IMG/VR virus record: IMGVR_UViG_3300031134_000653
Origin: an uncultured virus (IMG/VR IMGVR_UViG_3300031134_000653)
Lineage: Duplodnaviria; Heunggongvirae; Uroviricota; Caudoviricetes
DNA: 63,597 bases
Strand: one strand, 5' to 3'
Position numbers and translations under genes: made by a program. This document shows, in pieces, positions 8,982 through 18,563 of this stretch (positions are counted from its first letter, which is position 1; each line of letters starts with the position of its first letter). The notes beneath the pieces were generated by a model that worked only from the letters and a program-made list of their open reading frames with translations, searched no databases and had not been told where the DNA came from.

Positions 8982-10667
8982 ATGCCTGACCAAATTATTG
9001 CTACTGTCCCAGAGACTGCTAAAAATCCAGGAGTTTCCCTCTTTGATTTACTGAATATGCCCAAAGGCATCTCAGACCCATTAATTTTTGTGAAACCTGG
9101 AAAAGCCGAGCAGTCAGTAGAGAGTAAAGACCCTAACTATCTGTACTTTGAAGACGCAAAGCCAGTCAAGTCATCAGACAAGGGTGACATTTATGCGTAT
9201 CCCAGCAGGTACCACGGAAAGTCAGAATCTGGCTTTCCGTTGGAGTCCACTGATCTTTACGTGAACGATAAAACAGTGATTGTCAAAACTGTTTCTCATT
9301 CAGAGGGTGTCTCGAAGACAGATAAGAAATGGCACCGTTGGCAGACCACACGAACCATCGTGTTTTCACTGAAACAAGAACGTTTTGGCATGCCTCATCT
9401 TCGCATTTACGAAATTCTCCCTAAACGAAAGACTCGGCACAGGACTTTTAGAGATGTATCCCGGTCCTACAACATTCCCCAGTTGCACACAAGTTGGTCT
9501 ATGTCCCGCAAGGATATAGACCATATTCAGCATGCAATAGCTGGTAAAGTTTATGTCGGTTCCAAAGAGGATAGTTATGCTGGTGGCGTAGACTCCAGTG
9601 CTGCCTACTACCATGCTTTGTACCATGTAGTACAGAAGTACAAAGAGCTTGGTGGTGCTATTGACTTGTCCGCTATCGATTCTAAGAACCTATTTACCTT
9701 CTTAGCCTATCCAAGTCTTCGAATGTTCCAGTCTTCCAATCTGAAGAACATTGCTTTTGCTGTGCAAGCTAATAGCTCGGCTTGGTTGCATGAGCCAGAT
9801 GTCCGCGTGTTTGTACGAAAAGTCTTTGGCAAAAAAGCTGTCCGTAAAGATGTCATCAAAGCTGTAGCTAAAACAACTGATGCTTTAGCCATCAGCATCT
9901 GCAGCTACATCAAAAACTATGTACCTGCAGACTGGATTAGGGATTTACTGAACGACCCAGATAAGTACCGTCTTATCACACCAGCAAAAACTCGTGCAGT
10001 GTGGGACACTCCTTCCACAGTTCTTTACCCTGAACTGAAGAAACTTTTCAAGAACGCTTCTGAACATGAGAAACGTAAACTTGTCTTCCTGCCTGCAGAT
10101 GATGACAAAAACAGTGAAAGAATGTTCACTGACGCTTTGCTGTCGTTGTCCAAAATTTCAGAAGAAGACCTGGTTGAAAATTGGAAAGTCCTCGACTTTA
10201 CAAACTGGAAGACTCTTCACGACAAGTTAGCTATTGTCCACCGAAACATCAAAATCAAACCCGTCCCAATTCCTCAGGACGGTCTCACTGGTCTACTGGA
10301 CGGGAAGAGTTTCCAAGGGTTGAACCCTGAAGGAACCGAAAAAATTTACACCATCTCATCTCCTAAAGTGAACCATGACTTGTATGATTGGGGTAACGAG
10401 ATGAGTAACTGTATTGCCAGTTATAACGACCGAGTGCTTAGGAACGAAACCTACGTGTTCGCCGTGTATGAAGGTAAGACACTGTTCGCTAACATCGAAA
10501 TTTACGGTGAACGAGTGCGGCAGTTCTACGCAAAATACAACGGACGAGTTGAACCACATCTTCACACAGCTTTGCAAACTGTCTTGGATTCTGCTTTGCT
10601 TGAGCTCAGAGCTCAGGAGGAAGTCGCTGAGAAGAAGAAAAAATCTAAGCGAAAAACAGCTGTTTGA
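8982..10667 (+). CDS. PcfJ-like domain protein
   Basis: C-terminal LHD...DLYDWGNEMSNCIASY...IEI...RQFYAKYN pattern. Confidence 0.75.
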   Translation: MPDQIIATVPETAKNPGVSLFDLLNMPKGISDPLIFVKPGKAEQSVESKDPNYLYFEDAKPVKSSDKGDIYAYPSRYHGKSESGFPLESTDLYVNDKTVIVKTVSHSEGVSKTDKKWHRWQTTRTIVFSLKQERFGMPHLRIYEILPKRKTRHRTFRDVSRSYNIPQLHTSWSMSRKDIDHIQHAIAGKVYVGSKEDSYAGGVDSSAAYYHALYHVVQKYKELGGAIDLSAIDSKNLFTFLAYPSLRMFQSSNLKNIAFAVQANSSAWLHEPDVRVFVRKVFGKKAVRKDVIKAVAKTTDALAISICSYIKNYVPADWIRDLLNDPDKYRLITPAKTRAVWDTPSTVLYPELKKLFKNASEHEKRKLVFLPADDDKNSERMFTDALLSLSKISEEDLVENWKVLDFTNWKTLHDKLAIVHRNIKIKPVPIPQDGLTGLLDGKSFQGLNPEGTEKIYTISSPKVNHDLYDWGNEMSNCIASYNDRVLRNETYVFAVYEGKTLFANIEIYGERVRQFYAKYNGRVEPHLHTALQTVLDSALLELRAQEEVAEKKKKSKRKTAV

Positions 10668-10721
10668 GTTGTAAATGTCAGGGGCACTTGATACAGTGTA
10701 GTTACTTACCAAGGAGAGAAA

Positions 10722-11195
10722 ATGACTAACGTAGACTACTCGAAGCATGTAGCAGCTGCATACATTGATAAAGCTGTCGCTGACGGCTGGACTGTCAGTG
10801 TTGGACCCTGGGGTTCCAGAGAAGATGACAACACTGTCATCCTCCGCAGAGAGGTCCCTGAGCTGAACGGTTACTTCAACATCTGGGCGGTGGACCGTGC
10901 CATGGTTTTCCCTGGACAGAAGACTATCCCTGACCAGCACATCGCTGGATGGTTTGTCGAGTACACTGAGGGAAAGTACGCCGCTGACCGTGAGCAGGCT
11001 CTGAGCTTGAAGCCTACTATGTTCACTGAAGCGTATGACCTGGATGTGTTCCTGTCTGCTGCTAACCAGTGCCCTCAGTGTGGAATCCAGGTTCCTGCTA
11101 ACCAGCTGACTGGCGTAGCTTTTGCCAACGCAGCATGCGACGCTTGCCTTCCTGCCACTCGTCAGCGACTTGAACCTGCTGGTTGGTACAACTGA
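10722..11195 (+). CDS. hypothetical protein with C-terminal zinc finger
   Basis: CPQC...CDAC; AAGGAGAG RBS. Confidence 0.8.
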   Translation: MTNVDYSKHVAAAYIDKAVADGWTVSVGPWGSREDDNTVILRREVPELNGYFNIWAVDRAMVFPGQKTIPDQHIAGWFVEYTEGKYAADREQALSLKPTMFTEAYDLDVFLSAANQCPQCGIQVPANQLTGVAFANAACDACLPATRQRLEPAGWYN

Positions 11196-11292
11196 CTTCA
11201 GACGCCTTGCAAAAACCCTGCTGAGCTGCAGGGTTTTTGTGTTTAAGCCGATAGTTTCATCAGGAAACATTCAGAAGAAAGGCATGTTGGAA

Positions 11293-11520
11293 ATGGCTGA
11301 CATGGACAACTACATTCCCTCCGAGAATGAAATTGACGAAGTACTCACGCAATACGATTCATGGTTGCAGGAAGAGTACGAAACTCATGGCGACCCTGTT
11401 GTCGCAATTGACAGAGCCACCGAAAGAGTTACCAGCTCCTCCTCCCACAAAGTCTTCTTTTGGGTGGCAGAAAATGATAATGCCCGTATCTACGATGTTG
11501 ATGATACAATAGTCAAATGA
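11293..11520 (+). CDS. acidic hypothetical protein
   Basis: ORF coupled to next gene; CCGATA at 11248-11253. Confidence 0.65.
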   Translation: MADMDNYIPSENEIDEVLTQYDSWLQEEYETHGDPVVAIDRATERVTSSSSHKVFFWVAENDNARIYDVDDTIVK

Positions 11521-11927
11521 CTAATTTCTTCAAAGGTGAGTACGACCACGAAGCACAAGCAAGTTACTTGAAATTCTGTGACTGCGAAGTAGAACACACT
11601 GCTGATTACACGCTGTCAACAAACTATGTGATGTTGGCTGACTACGGAGTCCCTGCACATGGGGCTCAAGAGCATATCATTGGTGTCGAATTCTTAGCTA
11701 ACCCGAATGATGAGAAGCAATTGCGTGAAGATTTAGAGCTACTGGAACTCACTGATGAGCAGAAGACTCTCATTGTGGCAGCTCGTGTCTGGTTCCCCCA
11801 GGAAGAAGCTGAAGAAAAAGAGGAAGCTTTGAGACAGCTTGTTGCGAATGACCCTCAGACGGTAGAGGCTCACAAGAAGATGCACAGCAACCCTGAGCTA
11901 TTCACGCCGGCAGCTGATTTACCCTGA
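11517..11927 (+). CDS. DUF2283-like protein
   Basis: YDHEAQASYLKF...DY...IIGVEFL. Confidence 0.55.
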   Translation: MTNFFKGEYDHEAQASYLKFCDCEVEHTADYTLSTNYVMLADYGVPAHGAQEHIIGVEFLANPNDEKQLREDLELLELTDEQKTLIVAARVWFPQEEAEEKEEALRQLVANDPQTVEAHKKMHSNPELFTPAADLP

Positions 11928-11936
11928 CTTACATTA

Positions 11937-11980
11937 AATGAAGAACCCCTCACCATGTTTCAGGTGAGGGGTTCTTCATT
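11937..11980. terminator. bidirectional hairpin, 18-bp arms
   Basis: AATGAAGAACCCCTCACC-atgtttca-GGTGAGGGGTTCTTCATT. Confidence 0.85.
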
Positions 11981-11985
11981 GTTAG

Positions 11986-12243
11986 TTACTCAGCGAGGTA
12001 GTCACCGAGGACGAGGTTGATGGCTTCGTTCAAATCAGTAGTCACTTGGACATCCTTGGCGTAGAACTCCGGGGAGAACTTCGGCCAACGCTCACCGAAC
12101 TGTGCCTTCATTCGAGACTCAGCGATGTCGCTAAGACGAACGATAACATCCTCAACAATAGCCGGGGACACAGCGAGGATGAAGCGGTCTGAACCTTCCA
12201 TCTCAAGCGGCTCTGCGGCAAAAATTAGACTAATCGTTTCCAT
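11986..12243 (-). CDS. hypothetical protein, leaderless
   Basis: TTGACA-17-TAGTGT-7-ATG. Confidence 0.7.
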   Translation of the reverse strand: METISLIFAAEPLEMEGSDRFILAVSPAIVEDVIVRLSDIAESRMKAQFGERWPKFSPEFYAKDVQVTTDLNEAINLVLGDYLAE

Positions 12244-12281
12244 GAGGTAAACACTACCTCATGGAAACGATTATGTCAAGC

Positions 12282-13046
12282 TTAGAAAAGCTTCAGGAAG
12301 TCCTGCTCCATGTAAGCTCGCGTGGCGTCCTTGGACACCCAACGGCTTCGAGTGACAGTCGTCGGAGCATCAGCAGGGCGACGCACACCTGCAGGAACAG
12401 CCTGGGCTGCATCCTGCTCGAACGTCTCCTTGAACGCCACACGACCGTTGAAGAAGCCCTCAGGAAGCTTCTCGTAAGGCGTACCCTCCAGAAGCCGCAG
12501 ACGGTCCTTGGAGGAGACACTCATCAGGCTCTTGTGGGAGTGCAGCACGTTAGCTGCCATCGTCACAGCGTTCTTCTGAGCATCGAAACGACGCCAACGC
12601 ACGTACTCATCCACCTCGTCCACATCAGCAAGCGTGTGAACACGAGCATCGAACACAGGAATCTGACCGACTCCATCAAACTTAAGAGCCTGCATGAACA
12701 GAGCAGTCACAGTTGCAGCACCGATGGAAAGCATCTTGTCGACACGACCACCGAACCACATCTGGCTGTTCTCACCAGCAAGGTCCGAGAAGACGATGCT
12801 GATTTCGTCCGACTGGGTGTAACCAGCGATGGCTCCAGGGATGGTCGCAGCCATCTTACGGGTCACTTCATCCATAACGCCCATGAAGTTCAGGTCGTAA
12901 GGCTTCTCGAAACGCTTGGTGAATGTGGAGAAGTTCTTACCATCAAAACGGATGACAGCGTAAGTCTTCTCCGGGAGGTAACGGAAAGAGTCCTTCTCCA
13001 GACCCTTGAACTTCACTCCGTCAGGGAGCATGTTGTTATCAGACAT
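12282..13046 (-). CDS. tRNA(His) guanylyltransferase Thg1-like protein
   Basis: RFDGKNFSTFT, KPYD, YTQSDEIS, WFGGRVDK, FDAR, WRRFDAQKN. Confidence 0.92.
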   Translation of the reverse strand: MSDNNMLPDGVKFKGLEKDSFRYLPEKTYAVIRFDGKNFSTFTKRFEKPYDLNFMGVMDEVTRKMAATIPGAIAGYTQSDEISIVFSDLAGENSQMWFGGRVDKMLSIGAATVTALFMQALKFDGVGQIPVFDARVHTLADVDEVDEYVRWRRFDAQKNAVTMAANVLHSHKSLMSVSSKDRLRLLEGTPYEKLPEGFFNGRVAFKETFEQDAAQAVPAGVRRPADAPTTVTRSRWVSKDATRAYMEQDFLKLF

Positions 13047-13356
13047 TAGCCTTCTCTTCTGTGTTGCGTGCCATGAGCTGAAGCCACAGCAGGTCATAAG
13101 TTCCTGAATCGACAAGCATTCGCTCGTCGTTGTTCAAATCGTACACGTAAAACGCTCCGATGTCCAGCTGCTTGTCTGCAGGGAAAGCATCGTACCATGC
13201 AGCAAACTCGTCAAGGGTGTCCCAGCCATCCAGACCAGGGAACATGCAGCGACCGTTCTCGTCATTGTCCGTGACGTTCTCGCCGTGAATCTCCTCATCA
13301 AGGTACGAATCCCAGCCGGCAGCATAAGCGTAGTAACGCTTCTCATCAGTAGTCAT
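13039..13356 (-). CDS. acidic hypothetical protein, leaderless
   Basis: TTGACA-17-TAATGT-7-ATG; overlaps Thg1 start. Confidence 0.75.
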   Translation of the reverse strand: MTTDEKRYYAYAAGWDSYLDEEIHGENVTDNDENGRCMFPGLDGWDTLDEFAAWYDAFPADKQLDIGAFYVYDLNNDERMLVDSGTYDLLWLQLMARNTEEKANV

Positions 13357-13404
13357 GAAGAGAACATTACCAGTTTATATATCCCCTGTCAAACCTTTTG
13401 GAGG

Positions 13405-14055
13405 TTAGCTTCTGGGAGTCAGTCTTCTCTGCCAAATCATGGGAACCTCAATGTAAGTTTCTGAATCCTCAGACCATTCAACTTTTAGTCCTTGATCTTT
13501 CAAAGCATCGAACACTTTACGTGCTACAGCTTTACTTCCTTCTTCACTACTGGGAATGGAATTGAAGTATAAGAGCAAACCTCGATGGGAGTCGTACGCT
13601 TTTTCGCTGGACTGCTCGTTGTAGAACACATACCCTTCAGCGTCAGGATACATTCCTTTTTCAGCTTTGGTCTCGTAATCGACCCAGGCACAAGAGTTAC
13701 AACACCATTCATCGTGATGTCCAACAATGGTGGGTGCCAACTGTGCATAAGCTGCGTCAAGTCGATCATTGTCTGTTTCGAATGGCCATGTTTGTTGTTT
13801 CAGTACTTCTTTGTCCCAAATTTTTTCAGCCATGGCAGGAGCAACAGCTGCTGCAACTTCTAACAGCTCAGCAGAAACATCTTCATATTCACTATAGTCC
13901 AAATCGTTTGCCTGAGCTAACTCTTCCAGATAATCAGGGAAGTAATCTGGTCGCTCGGTGAGTGCTTTAAGGAACTCCTCATAAGAAGGAGCAGCCCTTG
14001 CCAAATAATCCGAAGGAGTAGTGAAGAACAAAGGATCAGGAAGCTGATAATCCAT
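13405..14055 (-). CDS. DUF6891-like protein
   Basis: TDNDRLDAA...CCNSCA...GYVFYNEQ...LKVEW...WQRR. Confidence 0.7.
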   Translation of the reverse strand: MDYQLPDPLFFTTPSDYLARAAPSYEEFLKALTERPDYFPDYLEELAQANDLDYSEYEDVSAELLEVAAAVAPAMAEKIWDKEVLKQQTWPFETDNDRLDAAYAQLAPTIVGHHDEWCCNSCAWVDYETKAEKGMYPDAEGYVFYNEQSSEKAYDSHRGLLLYFNSIPSSEEGSKAVARKVFDALKDQGLKVEWSEDSETYIEVPMIWQRRLTPRS

Positions 14056-14135
14056 GAGTAAAGCCTTTCAAATAGTATGTTCAATTATCTCACATGAACC
14101 TCAGCTAAGCCTAAAAACCGTTTTTGACTTTACAG

Positions 14136-14165
14136 TTGACAACACGAAACACTCCATGCTATAGT
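14136..14165 (+). promoter_or_regulatory. sigma-A type promoter
   Basis: TTGACA-18-TATAGT with TG extension. Confidence 0.75.
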
Positions 14166-14272
14166 GAAGTTATGACATTCTACTAGACATTTATTCAGTA
14201 CCTGGATTCTTCCTGATGCCTGATGAGATACTCAAACCATTTCATCTAACATCTAATCAAAGGAAAAATACC

Positions 14273-14869
14273 ATGTCCCAGAACAACTTCCCCCTGTACG
14301 ATATTGCCGTTAAGTCGATTGAGATTCAGAACGAGCAGTACAAGTATGAGCAGGAGCAGCAGAAGCAGAAGCGTGAGTACGAAAGCCGACTCGCGGAATG
14401 CCAGGCTGAGCTTGCAGTCCAGATTTCAAACTACAACATTGTTGTCACTAACACCCTGAACAAGTTCCAGAGCGAGCCTGGCATTGTTTCTCGTGTGAGC
14501 AGTGAGCTCTACATCCCCCGTGATGCTGTCATTGTGAAGGCTTACACGCCTTACACCGCTACAGAGCCTCACTACGTCTTCAAGACCAGCTACGGCGAGA
14601 AGAAGATTCCTGTTTCGCTGTTCACGAACGACCCCATCAAGGTTGCCCAGTACACGCGAAAGCTTGTTCGTAAGTACCAGGCTGAGGCTCGTCGTGCTGA
14701 GTTGAAGAACTTGCAGGTGACTCAGGCTGCTGCTGAGAAGCAGCTTGCTAAGGCTCAGGCTGAAGCCAACGAAGCTGCACGTGAGGTTGAGCGTATTGCT
14801 GCTCGTATTGAAGCTCAGAAGAAGCGTGAAGAGAAGAAGGCTGCACGTCAGGCAGCTGTGACCGCATAA
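14273..14869 (+). CDS. coiled-coil hypothetical protein
   Basis: AAAGGA RBS, strongly biased codons. Confidence 0.8.
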   Translation: MSQNNFPLYDIAVKSIEIQNEQYKYEQEQQKQKREYESRLAECQAELAVQISNYNIVVTNTLNKFQSEPGIVSRVSSELYIPRDAVIVKAYTPYTATEPHYVFKTSYGEKKIPVSLFTNDPIKVAQYTRKLVRKYQAEARRAELKNLQVTQAAAEKQLAKAQAEANEAAREVERIAARIEAQKKREEKKAARQAAVTA

Positions 14870-14878
14870 CAGAACAGT

Positions 14879-14920
14879 AAAAGGTCGGAACAAACCGTAA
14901 CTGGTTTGTTCCGACCTTTT
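14879..14920 (+). terminator. hairpin, 18-bp arms
   Basis: AAAAGGTCGGAACAAACC-gtaact-GGTTTGTTCCGACCTTTT. Confidence 0.85.
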
Positions 14921-14966
14921 TGTTTGTCCTTTTCGAAGCAGCAGGCGACGGAATTTGATGACAAAA

Positions 14967-15006
14967 AGAAGAGGCTAACCTCCGTACTGCAAGGTTAGCC
15001 TCTTCT
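14967..15006 (-). terminator. hairpin, 15-bp arms
   Basis: AGAAGAGGCTAACCT-10-AGGTTAGCCTCTTCT after RNase H. Confidence 0.8.
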
Positions 15007-15015
15007 CTTTGGGTT

Positions 15016-15840
15016 CTAAACGTTGCGGTTGAACACAGCGTAAAGAGCGTCAGTCTCTCGAACGAAGTCCTCAGCGACATGACCAGCGGTGAACCGCTTA
15101 CGGGCGTGACGGGAGATGCTGTCAGCGATGTTGTTCAGGCGGTGGGCACGGTGACCCTTCACCCACTCAACCGTAACAGCACGGCTGTTCACAACCTCCA
15201 TCGTAGCCTTAGCCATGCTGACAAGACCATACTTGCGAGCCTCACGAGGGACGATGCCCTCAACAAGGTCGTAGTTGAACATGTCAACTGCGTTCGCACT
15301 GTCAGAGAAGATGTGGATACGACGAGCAGTGCTGTCAGCGTTAGCGACAACAGCGTTCATGATGCCCTCAAACTCAGAGACGTTCACGTTCACAAGACCA
15401 GAGTCACCGAAATCGTAACCACCGTTCACACCGTCAGAGCACCAAGCCCAAGCTGCAGGGATGTTCGTAACACCGTCAGGGCTGAGGTGACCACCCGAAG
15501 CGTCAGAGCCGATGTAAAGGATGTTCTGGTTCACCCGACGACGAGGAGCCGTCTGCTCGAAAGCACGGTCGAAGAACGTGTTCACGCTCGACTCCGTGAT
15601 AGGCATGAAGTGAGCCTTAGGGAACAGGACAAGCATGTTGTCCCGCGTCTGGGCGTTCATCTGAGGGGAGATGACAGTGATGTCCTCACCAGTGGAACGG
15701 ACAAGGAACTCAATGACAGTACCCATCTGAACGGTAAGGTCGCCGTCAGGTGCCGTCATCGTACCCTTGCCGTGGTCCGACAGGTACGCCCAGTCCGAAC
15801 GGGTGTTTCGCATCTTGCGGATGAATACTACGCTGGTCAT
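15016..15840 (-). CDS. ribonuclease HI-family protein with N-terminal extension
   Basis: IGSDAS, NVSEFEGI, IFSDS, EWVKGH, NNIAD catalytic pattern. Confidence 0.85.
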   Translation of the reverse strand: MTSVVFIRKMRNTRSDWAYLSDHGKGTMTAPDGDLTVQMGTVIEFLVRSTGEDITVISPQMNAQTRDNMLVLFPKAHFMPITESSVNTFFDRAFEQTAPRRRVNQNILYIGSDASGGHLSPDGVTNIPAAWAWCSDGVNGGYDFGDSGLVNVNVSEFEGIMNAVVANADSTARRIHIFSDSANAVDMFNYDLVEGIVPREARKYGLVSMAKATMEVVNSRAVTVEWVKGHRAHRLNNIADSISRHARKRFTAGHVAEDFVRETDALYAVFNRNV

Positions 15841-15949
15841 TGGGTTCCCCTTTCTCTTGTCTGAAGCATAGCAGAGGATTCTGCAGAAAGTCAAACAATT
15901 TCGAGAATCTTTTGACAGAAACATCTCTGGTATAGTTAGAAATACGATT

Positions 15950-17908
15950 ATGTCTAAACTTGTTCCCATTTCTCCTGAGTTGGCTGCCGAATGGCATCCA
16001 ACCAAGAACAACGTTGACATTGCCACAATCTCCGCCGGCAGTCACAGTTCAAGATGGTGGATAGGTCCTTGTGGACATGAGTTTTCCGCCTTGGTAAAAC
16101 ACCGATCAAAAGGTTCAGGATGTCCTTATTGTGCTGGAAAAGCAATTTTACCAGGCTTCAATGATCTGGCTACAGTTCGACCAGACTTGGCTCAAGACTG
16201 GGATCATTCTCGTAATTACTTGGCTGCTAATTCTGTTGGAATCTCCAATAAAATTCCTGTTGCTTGGAAATGTTCAGTTGGTCACGAATGGGTGAGCTCG
16301 GTTTCAGTAAGAAGTCGCAAACTCACGAATGAATGCCCTGTATGTCAAGGTAGAAAAACAATCAACCTTTTACCTGAACCTGTGGTGAAAGCAGTGCCTA
16401 ACAACTTGGCTGTAACAAACCCTGAGCTTTTGTCCAGTTGGGACAGTGGTCTCAACCAAGGATTAAGCTACGAACGGCTAACTCCAGGTTCAGAGATAAA
16501 AGCTTGGTGGAACTGCGAAATAGGCCACTCATACCAAATGCCTATTGCCAAACGAACTAACGGTAGAGGATGTCCTTTCTGTTCAGGTAAGTCAGTCCTG
16601 CCTGGTTTCAACGATTTAGTGACAAAGGACCCAGCTTTAGCTCAAGAATGGCATCCTACGCTCAATGGAGACCTCAAGCCCCGAGAGATTTCCGCTGGTT
16701 CGCATGCCAAATTCTGGTGGCAATGCAGTCAGGGCCATTCGTGGCAGGCTTCCATCGACAATCGAGGTCGAAATAAGAGAGGCTGTCCTTATTGTGCGGG
16801 GAAAGCTGTTCTCATTGGATTCAACGATTTAGCTACTACAGAACCAGTGCTTGCTACGGAATGGCATCCCACCCTAAATCTTGCATTGAGTCCTCAATCC
16901 GTTAGTAGAGGGTCAGACCAAAAAGTATGGTGGCAGTGTGACGAAGGACATGAATGGCAGATGTGGGTTTATGCTCGCTCAGGAGGACATGGCTGTCCTG
17001 AGTGTTGGGCAAAGAGCTACATTTCGAAACCTGAAAGAGAACTCTATGTTTTCCTTACTTCGTTAGGCTTTGAAGTCATTCAGTCTGACAGAAAAGTCTT
17101 AGGTAAAAATCAAGAGATTGATCTGTACCTCCCTGAGAAGCAGTTTGGTATTGAGTTCAATGGACTATACTGGCACAACGAGTATTGGAAAGATTCCCAG
17201 TACCATCTACAGAAGTTTGAAGCTGCTAAAGCTGCTGGAGTTCAATTAGTACAAATTTGGGAAGACGATTGGAATAAACGAAAGAACACTGTTCTTCGAG
17301 CGTTAGCTCACAAGCTGGGAGTCTCAAAAAAATTAGCGGGCCTTTATCCAGAGCTTTCTGTCGAAACAGAAACCGTTTATGCTCGCAAGACTTCAGTGAC
17401 GGAGCTATCTACCGAGCAGGCACGTACTTTTTTGGAGATGAATCACATCCAAGGTTTTGCCTCTGGCTCCTGTTATCTCGCTTTGTCAGATGACAATAGT
17501 CGTGTTCGTGCAGTTATGGTCCTCAAAAAGGAAGCAGATAACACTTTGAACATTGTCCGCTACGCGACAGCTGGAAGTGTTACAGGTGGGTTTACAAAAC
17601 TGTTAAAGCATTCTGAGAAGACGTATTTTCCGAGTTCGTTCATTACGTTCGCTGACCATACCATCAGTGATGGTGGGTTGTATGAGAACAATGGTTTTAC
17701 TGCTGATAAAGAACTACCACCAGATTACATGTATGTTGCAAGAGCAGAACGTAAACACAAGTTCGGTTACCGTCTTAAACGGTTCCAAAACGACCCTGCC
17801 CTTGTTTGGCAAGAAGGACTGACAGAACGAGAGCTTGCTCTACTAAACAATCTTCCTCGAATCTGGGACGCAGGTAAAACACGATATCGCTTGAATTGCT
17901 CAAACTAG
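15950..17908 (+). CDS. zinc-ribbon repeat protein with PD-(D/E)xK nuclease and C-terminal GNAT-like region (Hef-like homing endonuclease-type)
   Basis: About 5 WxCxxGHxW...GCPxC repeats; EIDLYLP..FGIEFNGLYWH; NHIQG, GGFTKLL, FAD, IWDAG. Confidence 0.8.
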   Translation: MSKLVPISPELAAEWHPTKNNVDIATISAGSHSSRWWIGPCGHEFSALVKHRSKGSGCPYCAGKAILPGFNDLATVRPDLAQDWDHSRNYLAANSVGISNKIPVAWKCSVGHEWVSSVSVRSRKLTNECPVCQGRKTINLLPEPVVKAVPNNLAVTNPELLSSWDSGLNQGLSYERLTPGSEIKAWWNCEIGHSYQMPIAKRTNGRGCPFCSGKSVLPGFNDLVTKDPALAQEWHPTLNGDLKPREISAGSHAKFWWQCSQGHSWQASIDNRGRNKRGCPYCAGKAVLIGFNDLATTEPVLATEWHPTLNLALSPQSVSRGSDQKVWWQCDEGHEWQMWVYARSGGHGCPECWAKSYISKPERELYVFLTSLGFEVIQSDRKVLGKNQEIDLYLPEKQFGIEFNGLYWHNEYWKDSQYHLQKFEAAKAAGVQLVQIWEDDWNKRKNTVLRALAHKLGVSKKLAGLYPELSVETETVYARKTSVTELSTEQARTFLEMNHIQGFASGSCYLALSDDNSRVRAVMVLKKEADNTLNIVRYATAGSVTGGFTKLLKHSEKTYFPSSFITFADHTISDGGLYENNGFTADKELPPDYMYVARAERKHKFGYRLKRFQNDPALVWQEGLTERELALLNNLPRIWDAGKTRYRLNCSN

Positions 17909-17946
17909 CAGATGTACTCTTTAACTAACGGAAAGGTATACCTATC

Positions 17947-18363
17947 ATGAATTCCAAAGAACTACAAGATGCAGAATTGAAGCAAGCCGCTACCTATGTA
18001 GAAAAGTTGAGTGAATATAGTAGGCTTTATACGTTACGGATGAGCGTAACAGCATGGCTGAATGCAATAAATTTGCAAACACATAAAAACACAGGTAATA
18101 TTAGTGTTCTCAAAAGAGAAGAACATACGCCTGAAATGATTGCACAACTAACATTGTTTCTACGGCTGATAGAACATATTGAAATTGATTCTTCCAAACC
18201 CGATGTTTATGCTATCAAACTATTCTTAACTGCATATCATATAAATCTCAGCACTATCACTGATTCAGTGGAAGAACCTATCTTCATTTCTAAGACTCTC
18301 CACCTTTTGTTCGAACAAAATCTAGAACGGTTAAGCGCCTTGTCTAAGCCTTATCTACCTTAA
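17947..18363 (+). CDS. hypothetical protein, AT-rich
   Basis: ORF, GAAAGG RBS. Confidence 0.6.
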   Translation: MNSKELQDAELKQAATYVEKLSEYSRLYTLRMSVTAWLNAINLQTHKNTGNISVLKREEHTPEMIAQLTLFLRLIEHIEIDSSKPDVYAIKLFLTAYHINLSTITDSVEEPIFISKTLHLLFEQNLERLSALSKPYLP

Positions 18364-18364
18364 G

Positions 18365-18472
18365 CTAATTGTTGGAAAGAATGATGATGGCTTCAGTCTC
18401 AGTGGACAGGTAAGAGTTCTGATGGGTTGCTACTGCTGGTGTTGCTGGGTTTTGGTTTGTGTTCTCAGACAC
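18365..18472 (-). CDS. 35-aa small protein
   Basis: Not in track. GTG start after AAAGGA; MSENTNQNPATPAVATHQNSYLSTETEAIIILSNN; CCGATA at 18541-18546. Confidence 0.5.
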   Translation of the reverse strand: MSENTNQNPATPAVATHQNSYLSTETEAIIILSNN

Positions 18473-18563
18473 GATTTTCCTTTGGATTGCGGTTGATTTC
18501 CCTACATCTTTGGAAGGTTTGGTTCAGGGTTCACTATTTTTATCGGTCACCTGGTGTTACTTC

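Noticed and set aside
12261..13049. Long antisense ORFs (also 10356..11270, 15079..15864, 30262..30879, 43745..44491, 44583..45284, 47715..48464)
   Set aside because: Shadows of codon-biased real genes on the opposite strand; no RBS or motifs.
14218..14240. CTGATGAG hammerhead-like core
   Set aside because: Followed by ATACTCAAAC, lacking the required GAAA and flanking stems.
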